This document shows, one piece after another, positions 57,187-64,000 of a stretch of 64,000 nucleotides of DNA. The notes below the pieces were generated by a model, which was not told the origin of the DNA, made no database searches, and was given only the letters and a program-made list of their open reading frames with translations. How positions within the stretch are numbered: position 1 is the first letter of the stretch; each line of letters begins with the position of its first letter. The stretch lies in the NCBI RefSeq assembly GCF_033723435.1, contig NZ_JAWVXC010000001.1, forward strand, positions 91,754 through 155,753, written 5' to 3'. Source of the stretch: Lutibacter sp. Its GTDB lineage: Bacteria > Bacteroidota > Bacteroidia > Flavobacteriales > Flavobacteriaceae. The translations under genes were made by a program, and so were the position numbers.

Positions 57187-58710
57187 TTATAATTTACTCT
57201 TTATTTTAGGTTTTAGTTTATCTGAAATAAAAATAGCTTCTTTAGTAATTGGTCGTTCATCTTCTCTCCAAATAAAACCTTTTAATAATTTTTCTTCTTT
57301 TGGTAATTTTGATGGAGGATACGTTTTCCCTTCTGGTTTTACATTAAAATCTACCGTATTAATTTGGTTGTTTTCTAAAGTGATAAAAATATTTTTACTA
57401 CTTTGCATTTTTGAAATTCCAACTAGTTTTTGATGCTCATCTCTAATATAAAAAATAACTTCACTATTACCAATAGCATCTAACGAAGATAATTTGTTAT
57501 TAAAGAATTTACCATACATGTTTCGTGCTTTTAATTGACTAAAACCAGCCGAATCTTTTTGAATCATAAAAGCATTTCCGAGTATTTTTAAGGAATCTAA
57601 CTGTTCTGTTTTAGAGTTTGAAATTAAATGAATAGTGTCTCCAACAATTTCATTTCCCTGAGCCCATAAAACAGGATTAACTAATAGCTTTGTAACTCCT
57701 GTTTTTTCATTCGTAATTAGAGAATCACATTTACCTTGCAAATCTGTTTTAAAAAATTTTACATTTCTAAAAGCTCTGACTATTCTATCATCTACTTTGC
57801 CAGTAACCATAATAGTATCACTATGCATAAATAAAGAATCTTTTTCAACGGCTGATATTGCGAGTGCTTTTTTAGTTATAAATACAGAATCTTTCAATTT
57901 AAAATATTCTGCATAATTCCCTTTAATTATAGATTTGTTAATGGTATCTGTAACTTTTATGTGATTTGTAGCAGAAGCAAATTCAAGATTTCCATTGTAA
58001 TATAAACTATCGCCTTCAATAGTTCTGTCTTTATAAAATATTTTTGAGTTTTTTACAAAGGTGGAAATATCTGTTTTAGAATTGTAAGTTCCTCTTTCAG
58101 TATAAATAGAATCTTTAACTCCTTTAATTGTTGAAGGCCCAAATAGTTCAGCAATACCAGATGACGTGTAATATTCTAGATGATTGGTTTTTAAATCGCT
58201 GTCTTTATTAGTTACAGTAACATTATTAAATGCTTGAAATTTATTAGTTTCAAGATAGTAATTTCCTATTTTACTTTTTAATACATTGGTTGAATCAATA
58301 ATAGTACCGCTACACTTATAATATAATTTTTGTTGGTTTCTATCAAATTGAAGAGTATCTGTTTTTAAAGTCATTAATTCATCTTTTAAAACAACATTTC
58401 CCCATGAAGTAGCTATTTTTTTTATACCATCATAATCCGTGTATTTACTATGCTGTATAATTGTATCTCCTTGATTTACAATAACGTTACCCATTGCTTT
58501 TATCAATTTTTTATCTTGATAAATATAAGCCTTGTCACATCTAAGTGTTGCTCCTTCATGTTCTACAAAAACATTTCCCATGGAAATAGTTGCACCTGGA
58601 AATTCAGGTTTAACAAAAGTGTTGTCAGCTCTAAGAATTTTAATTTTTTTTGACTGAGAAAAACCAAAAGTAGCTAATAACAAAAAACTTAATAAAAGTA
58701 ATTTTTTCAA
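57187..58710 (-). CDS. OstA-like (LptD N-terminal / LptA-repeat) periplasmic protein
   Basis: 507 aa with a TTG start and a signal peptide. It has repeated 'GNV...D....L..D.' beta-jellyroll-like units (ATLRCDKAYIYQDKKLIKAMGNVIV..., WGNVVLKDELMTLKTD). Confidence 0.65.
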   Translation of the reverse strand: MKKLLLLSFLLLATFGFSQSKKIKILRADNTFVKPEFPGATISMGNVFVEHEGATLRCDKAYIYQDKKLIKAMGNVIVNQGDTIIQHSKYTDYDGIKKIATSWGNVVLKDELMTLKTDTLQFDRNQQKLYYKCSGTIIDSTNVLKSKIGNYYLETNKFQAFNNVTVTNKDSDLKTNHLEYYTSSGIAELFGPSTIKGVKDSIYTERGTYNSKTDISTFVKNSKIFYKDRTIEGDSLYYNGNLEFASATNHIKVTDTINKSIIKGNYAEYFKLKDSVFITKKALAISAVEKDSLFMHSDTIMVTGKVDDRIVRAFRNVKFFKTDLQGKCDSLITNEKTGVTKLLVNPVLWAQGNEIVGDTIHLISNSKTEQLDSLKILGNAFMIQKDSAGFSQLKARNMYGKFFNNKLSSLDAIGNSEVIFYIRDEHQKLVGISKMQSSKNIFITLENNQINTVDFNVKPEGKTYPPSKLPKEEKLLKGFIWREDERPITKEAIFISDKLKPKIKSKL

Positions 58711-58728
58711 ACTCTAATTTATTTTGTA

Positions 58729-58736
58729 CAAAACTA
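58729..58736 (-). promoter_or_regulatory. -7 promoter motif TAGTTTTG (minus strand)
   Basis: Exact TAnnTTTG on the minus strand, 19 nt upstream of the TTG start at 58710. Confidence 0.4.
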
Positions 58737-58877
58737 ACAAAAAAGTGAGTAGCAAATTAGGAAATTAAACTAAAATAAAAATAGCATCATAACAAGGTAA
58801 GTAAGCATAAATAATCTCTTAACCAAAATAGAATTCTTTAAGTAACTTGTTATGACGCTTAATTTGTACTCTTTAAA

Positions 58878-60149
58878 TTATCTCATTATTGTTTGCTTTC
58901 TGTCTGGACCAACAGAAACAATTTTTACTGGAACTTCAACAAAGTTTTCAATAAATTTAATATACGATTTAAGTTGTATTGGTAATGTGTCAAAATCTGT
59001 TATTGAAGTTAAATCTTCATTCCAGCATTCAAATTCAGTAAAAATAGGAGTAACATTATGTGCTTCAATATTGTAAGGTAAATGTGTAATTTCTTTTCCT
59101 TTGTAATTGTATGAAGTACAAGCTTTAATTTTATCAAAACCTGATAAAACATCTGCTTTCATCATCATTAATTGTGTTGCTCCATTAATTTGTACAGCGT
59201 ATTTTAACGCTACTAAATCTAACCATCCACATCTTCTTGGTCTACCAGTAGTAGCACCAAACTCATTTCCAACTTTAGCCATTTTTGCACCATCTTCATC
59301 AAATAATTCAGTAGGAAATGGTCCAGAACCAACTCTTGTGGTATATGCTTTGAAAATACCAAACACTTCACCAATTTTACCTGGAGCTACTCCTAAACCT
59401 GTACAAGCTCCTGCAGCTGTAGTATTTGATGAAGTTACAAATGGATAGGTTCCAAAATCAATATCTAATAAAGAGCCTTGTGCTCCTTCAGCAAGGATAG
59501 ATTGATTATTTTTTAAAGCGGAATTAATAAATTCTTCACTATCAATAAAAGGTATTGTTTTTAAAACTTTAATTGCTTCGTAAAATTCTGTTTCTAATTC
59601 TTCCAAATCAAATTGAACATCTACATCAAAAAAATCTAACATTTTTAAATGTTTAGCGGCTAATGCTTTGTATTTTTCTTTCCAGTCAGAAAGTTCTAAG
59701 TCACCAACTCGCATACCATTTCTACCAGTTTTATCCATGTAAGTTGGTCCAATTCCTTTTAATGTTGAGCCAATTTTAGCTTTTCCTTTTGAAGCTTCAC
59801 TTACTGCATCTAATAAACGATGTGTAGGTAATATTAAATGTGCTTTTCTTGAGATAAATAATTTTGAAGGTATATCTAAATTAAATTTAGCTAAATCTTC
59901 TATTTCTTTTTTAAATATTACAGGATCTATAACTACACCGTTTCCAACAATATTTTTAGCTTTTTTATGAAAAATACCTGAAGGAATGGTGTGCAATACG
60001 TGTTTGTGACCGTCAAACATTAATGTATGACCAGCATTTGGACCGCCCTGAAATCGTGCAATTAAATCATAATTAGCGGTAAGGACATCTACAATTTTAC
60101 CTTTACCTTCGTCTCCCCATTGTAGTCCTAGTAATAAATTTACATTCAT
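58878..60149 (-). CDS. purA: Adenylosuccinate synthase
   Basis: 423 aa. Motifs QWGDEGKGKIVD, GGPNAGHT and GTTGRPRRCGWLD. Confidence 0.95.
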   Translation of the reverse strand: MNVNLLLGLQWGDEGKGKIVDVLTANYDLIARFQGGPNAGHTLMFDGHKHVLHTIPSGIFHKKAKNIVGNGVVIDPVIFKKEIEDLAKFNLDIPSKLFISRKAHLILPTHRLLDAVSEASKGKAKIGSTLKGIGPTYMDKTGRNGMRVGDLELSDWKEKYKALAAKHLKMLDFFDVDVQFDLEELETEFYEAIKVLKTIPFIDSEEFINSALKNNQSILAEGAQGSLLDIDFGTYPFVTSSNTTAAGACTGLGVAPGKIGEVFGIFKAYTTRVGSGPFPTELFDEDGAKMAKVGNEFGATTGRPRRCGWLDLVALKYAVQINGATQLMMMKADVLSGFDKIKACTSYNYKGKEITHLPYNIEAHNVTPIFTEFECWNEDLTSITDFDTLPIQLKSYIKFIENFVEVPVKIVSVGPDRKQTIMR

Positions 60150-60160
60150 TTAAATATAGA

Positions 60161-60604
60161 TTAGTTGTTTATATTGTTTTTTGTTGCGTAAAAATAAAGT
60201 GAGTGGTTATGAATTTTTATATCAAAAGTATCTTCAATTGTTTTTTTGATAGTTTGAACTCGTGGATCACAGAATTCAATAACTTCTCCTGTATCAGTTA
60301 AAATAACATGATCGTGTTGTTTATCAAAATAGCATTTTTCATAATAAGCTTGGTTTTTACCAAATTGATGTTTTCTAACAAGACCAGAATCTAAAAGTAA
60401 TTCAATAGTATTGTACAAGGTTGCTCTACTAACTCTGTAGTTTTTATTTTTCATTTGAATGTAAAGAGATTCTATATCAAAATGAACTTCCAAATCGTAG
60501 ATTTCTTGTAAAATAGCAAACCGTTCTGGAGTTTTTCTATGTTTATTAGCTTCTAAAAAGTTAATGAACACGTTTTTTACGATCGTTTGATTTTCTTTAT
60601 TCAT
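60161..60604 (-). CDS. fur: Fur-family transcriptional regulator
   Basis: 147 aa. Winged-helix region ([14 protein letters not shown]) and the HDH metal-site motif. Confidence 0.8.
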   Translation of the reverse strand: MNKENQTIVKNVFINFLEANKHRKTPERFAILQEIYDLEVHFDIESLYIQMKNKNYRVSRATLYNTIELLLDSGLVRKHQFGKNQAYYEKCYFDKQHDHVILTDTGEVIEFCDPRVQTIKKTIEDTFDIKIHNHSLYFYATKNNINN

Positions 60605-60635
60605 ATAATTAATTTTAAGCTTATTGCTATTTTTA

Positions 60636-60643
60636 CAAAGTTA
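60636..60643 (-). promoter_or_regulatory. -7 promoter motif TAACTTTG (minus strand) for fur-purA
   Basis: Exact TAnnTTTG on the minus strand, 32 nt upstream of the fur ATG. Confidence 0.4.
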
Positions 60644-60705
60644 CTTTTAATTTTTTAATTTAATTTGAGTTAATTAGGTAGTTTTCAACTTTACATTGTT
60701 AATAG

Positions 60706-62922
60706 TTATAATTTGTAAATTCGGTCAACCTTATCAATTCCTTCAATCTTTTTTATACTATCGCTTAATTTCTGTAATTGTGTTTTATTTTTAACGCTTA
60801 ATAGTATTTTTCCTTCAAAAATACCATCGTTTCCTGAGATATTTAAGCTATGAATATTAACATTCATATTGTTAGATATTACTTGAGTAATTTCGTTTAC
60901 CATACCTACGTGATCTATACCGTGAATTTTTAAAATGGCTTTAAATTCTTGTTTTGTAGAATCAATCCATTTTGCTGGGATAATTCTATACGCATAATTA
61001 GAACGTAAACTTACTGCATTTGGACAATCGGTTTTATGAATTTTTATACCATCATTAATTGTAATAAATCCAAAAACTTTATCTCCAGGAATTGGGTTGC
61101 AGCAAGGTGCTTTTTTATAATCTAGTTGTTCTTCATCTTTACCAAATACTAAAGAATCGTATTTTTCAGTTACTTCATCTTTATTAATTAACTCAGTATT
61201 TGGATTACGCTTTATTCTATTTTTGAAAAAATTGACAATTGTATTATTTCTTTTAGCAGCAAATTCTTTTAATTGTTTATTATCAATAGATCCATTTCCA
61301 ATTCTAAAAAATAAATCTTTGCTTGTGTTTAATTTGAAATAACTTACTAGTTCATTAACAACTTTCTCTGTTAGATTTATCTTTATATGTTTTAATTTTC
61401 GAATTAAAATTTCTTTTCCTTCTTGAGCAATTAGTTTTTCATCTTCTCTTAATGCGTTTTTAATACGAGTTCTTGCGCGTGCAGTTACTACAAAATCTAA
61501 CCAACCAAAGCTTGGTTTTTGATTTTTTGAAGTAATAATTTCTACCTGATCGCCACTATTTAGCACATGGCTTATAGGTTTTAATTTTCCGTTTATTTTA
61601 GCTCCTCTACAACTCATACCAACTTGGGTGTGAATTGCAAATGCAAAATCTAGTGCTGTTGCATTTTTAGGTAGTGCTTTTAAATCACCATTTGGAGTGA
61701 AGACAAAAATTTCTTTGGCATATAAATTTAGCTTGAAATCTTCAACAAAATCTATTGCATTTCCGTTAGGATTTTCTAAGGAATCTTTAATACGATTTAG
61801 CCAATCATCTAATCCACTTTCTCGTTCATTTTGATTTTTATATCTATAATGTGCTGCGTAGCCTTTTTCAGCAATTTCATCCATTCGAGCAGAACGTATT
61901 TGAACTTCTACCCATTTACCTTGTGGTCCCATTACAGTAATATGCAAGGATTCGTAACCAGTAGATTTAGGTTGACTTATCCAATCTCGTAATCTACTTG
62001 GGTTTGGTCTAAAATGATCTGTAACAATAGAATATATTTTCCAAGCATCAAATTTTTCATCTTTTAAAGTAGATTCATAAATAATTCTAATAGCAAATTT
62101 ATCATAAACCTCATCGTAGGAAACCCCTTGAGTTAGCATTTTTTTACGAATGGAGTAAATTGATTTTCGTCTTCCTTTTATTATATATTTAAAACCTTCT
62201 TTATCTAAGGATTTTTTAATGAAATTAGAAAACGATTCTATATACTTATCTTGTTCGTCTTTACTTTGAGTGATTTTTTGTTTAATATCATCATAAACAT
62301 CTGGCTCAGTATATTTAAGCCCTAAATTTTCTAATTCGGTTTTAATATTATATAGTCCTAATCGATGGGCTAATGGAGCATAAATATATAAGGTTTCAGA
62401 AGATATTTTTAGCTGTTTATGTACTGGCATTGCATCCATCGTTTTCATATTATGCAAACGATCTGCAATTTTAATCAGAATAACTCGAACATCATCATTT
62501 AAAGTGAGTAGCATTTTCCTGAAATTCTCTGCTTGTAAAGAAGTGTCATTATCTTTATTTAAATGAGATATTTTAGTAAGTCCGTTTACAATTCTACCAA
62601 CAGTTTCTCCAAACAATCGTTCAATATCTTCTAAAGTATACTCAGTGTCTTCAACAACATCATGCAGCAAAGCCGAAATAATGGATGTTGTACCTAGACC
62701 AATTTCGTATGCTACAATTTTTGCAACTGCAATTGGATGAAAAATATAAGGTTCGCCTGTTTTTCTTCGCTGATTTTTATGTGCTTCAACAGCAATTTCA
62801 AATGCTTTTCGAATTTCTTTTTTATCTGTTGCAGTAAATGATTGATAAGCACCTTTAAGCAAATCTTTATATCGCTTGGTAATTTCTTTGTTTTCCTCTT
62901 CTGTGCTTAAGTTGTAGGTCAT
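60706..62922 (-). CDS. rel: Bifunctional RelA/SpoT-homologue (p)ppGpp synthetase/hydrolase
   Basis: 738 aa. HD hydrolase motifs (HPIAVA, LLHDVVEDT, DRLHNM), a synthetase domain (YESLHITV), and TGS and C-terminal ACT domains. Confidence 0.95.
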   Translation of the reverse strand: MTYNLSTEEENKEITKRYKDLLKGAYQSFTATDKKEIRKAFEIAVEAHKNQRRKTGEPYIFHPIAVAKIVAYEIGLGTTSIISALLHDVVEDTEYTLEDIERLFGETVGRIVNGLTKISHLNKDNDTSLQAENFRKMLLTLNDDVRVILIKIADRLHNMKTMDAMPVHKQLKISSETLYIYAPLAHRLGLYNIKTELENLGLKYTEPDVYDDIKQKITQSKDEQDKYIESFSNFIKKSLDKEGFKYIIKGRRKSIYSIRKKMLTQGVSYDEVYDKFAIRIIYESTLKDEKFDAWKIYSIVTDHFRPNPSRLRDWISQPKSTGYESLHITVMGPQGKWVEVQIRSARMDEIAEKGYAAHYRYKNQNERESGLDDWLNRIKDSLENPNGNAIDFVEDFKLNLYAKEIFVFTPNGDLKALPKNATALDFAFAIHTQVGMSCRGAKINGKLKPISHVLNSGDQVEIITSKNQKPSFGWLDFVVTARARTRIKNALREDEKLIAQEGKEILIRKLKHIKINLTEKVVNELVSYFKLNTSKDLFFRIGNGSIDNKQLKEFAAKRNNTIVNFFKNRIKRNPNTELINKDEVTEKYDSLVFGKDEEQLDYKKAPCCNPIPGDKVFGFITINDGIKIHKTDCPNAVSLRSNYAYRIIPAKWIDSTKQEFKAILKIHGIDHVGMVNEITQVISNNMNVNIHSLNISGNDGIFEGKILLSVKNKTQLQKLSDSIKKIEGIDKVDRIYKL

Positions 62923-62966
62923 AGATTAAAATTACTATTTTAAAATTTAATAGGCAATGACTAAAA

Positions 62967-64000
62967 TTATTTTTTTAAATTCTGAATTCTTTGTAATAAA
63001 GTTGGATGAGAATAATGAATTTTAACGTATAAATTATCAGGAGTTAAATTGCTTAAGCTATTTTTTGATAATTTTTTTAAAGCGGATATTAATGCTGCTG
63101 AATTATAATTATTTTTTGCATAATCATCTGCTTGATACTCAAACTTTCTAGATAACATATTCATAAAATAATTAGTTATTTCAGAAATTGGACTATATAA
63201 AATTGCAAATGAAATTAAGCCAATATGAAAGCTGTTTGTTGTAACTCCTAAGGCTTGAGATAATGTTGAATTTCCAACTAATAGCGATAGAATATATAAG
63301 GTGAATCCCATTAATAAAATCGCTAAAATCATATTATAAATAATATGTTTGTTTTTGTAGTGACCAACTTCATGCGCTAAAACAGCTACAATTTCATCGG
63401 TAGTTAAATCTTTAATTAAAGTATCGTACAAAGTAATACGTTTTTGACTTCCAAATCCAGAAAAATACGCATTTGATTTAGAAGAACGTTTTGAACCATC
63501 AATTACATAAATATTTTGAATTTTAAATCCTATTTTATCTGCAAACTGTTCTATAGCATTTTTTAATTCGCCTTCTTCTAAAGGTGTTTGTTTGTTAAAA
63601 ATAGGAACAATTAATTTAGAATAAAAAAGATTTAATAAGACACTAAATCCACTAATTAAAATCCAAGTATACCACCAAAAATTATTAGTAGTTAATTTAT
63701 AAAATAACGTGATAAGGGCTAAAATTCCTCCTCCAATTATAATTAGCATAAGCCAACTTTTAATTTTATCAAAAATAAATGTTTTTAAGGTGGTTTTATT
63801 AAAGCCAAATTTTTCTTCAATAACAAAAGTTTTATAACAGGAAAAAGGTATGTTTATAATATCACTGGCAAAAAATATAGTTCCAAAGAAAATTAACGCT
63901 ATTATAATTTCATTTCTCGAAAAATTTCTGGCAAAGGAATCTACTATTTTAAATCCATCAACCATAAAAAAAAGTATAGTAATGATAAGAGAAAATGTGC
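62967..64000 (-). CDS. M48 (Ste24/HtpX-like) zinc metallopeptidase, N-terminus beyond the window end
   Basis: HEVGHYKNKH zinc motif and several TM helices. The reading frame stays open upstream of the track's ATG (63965) to the window edge, so the true start is probably outside the window. Confidence 0.8.
   Translation of the reverse strand, partial: TFSLIITILFFMVDGFKIVDSFARNFSRNEIIIALIFFGTIFFASDIINIPFSCYKTFVIEEKFGFNKTTLKTFIFDKIKSWLMLIIIGGGILALITLFYKLTTNNFWWYTWILISGFSVLLNLFYSKLIVPIFNKQTPLEEGELKNAIEQFADKIGFKIQNIYVIDGSKRSSKSNAYFSGFGSQKRITLYDTLIKDLTTDEIVAVLAHEVGHYKNKHIIYNMILAILLMGFTLYILSLLVGNSTLSQALGVTTNSFHIGLISFAILYSPISEITNYFMNMLSRKFEYQADDYAKNNYNSAALISALKKLSKNSLSNLTPDNLYVKIHYSHPTLLQRIQNLKK

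Noticed and set aside
59107-59448. 113-aa plus-strand ORF
   Set aside because: It is antisense to the highly conserved core of purA, and the 58852-59076 ORF is in the same situation. Its Pro/Ala/Val-rich translation mirrors the Gly-rich purA codons.

Overview
This is a gene-dense, AT-rich 64-kb window with about 55 CDS. It reads as core chromosome of a Flavobacteriia-type Bacteroidota bacterium. The evidence for that placement is recurrent TAnnTTTG (-7) promoter motifs, no Shine-Dalgarno signals, the DUF4290-murA and fdx / LuxC-like / serC-serA-DUF1015 syntenies, and many TonB-dependent receptors.

Gene content is housekeeping:
- Cell division and RNA turnover: coiled-coil protein, zapA, a 6S-like RNA candidate, rny.
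- Other single-copy core genes: xerD, aroQ, miaA, the serine biosynthesis cluster, ychF, parE-parC, a UvrD-like helicase, murA, grpE-dnaJ, RNase P RNA, aconitase.
- Transport: a cobalamin riboswitch in front of a TonB-dependent receptor, and a TetR-TolC-HlyD-MFS efflux operon.
- Glycogen metabolism: glgA-glgC-glgB plus a GH31 alpha-glucosidase.
- The final block: TlpA, an OstA-like protein with an aminotransferase, purA, fur, an RSH (p)ppGpp enzyme, and an M48 peptidase.

I found no rRNA, tRNA, CRISPR array, IS or phage element, toxin-antitoxin pair or defence island. I cannot support any claim of a novel multi-gene system here. The second-look items are small-scale:
- a structured 6S-like RNA candidate;
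- a sigma-54-type -24/-12 element in front of grpE-dnaJ;
- an Asp-type (fosfomycin-insensitive type) MurA active site;
- a DnaJ with only two of the four CxxCxGxG repeats;
- a 9-nt tandem duplication inside the B12 riboswitch;
- a perfect 18-bp palindromic operator at the TetR/efflux operon;
- several conserved-context proteins of unknown function: DUF1015 in the serine cluster, TIGR02757 with an HhH-like motif, a His-motif polytopic membrane protein, and a Kv-like channel with a C-terminal zinc ribbon.

All family calls come from motif recognition by eye. No database search or RNA folding program was run.
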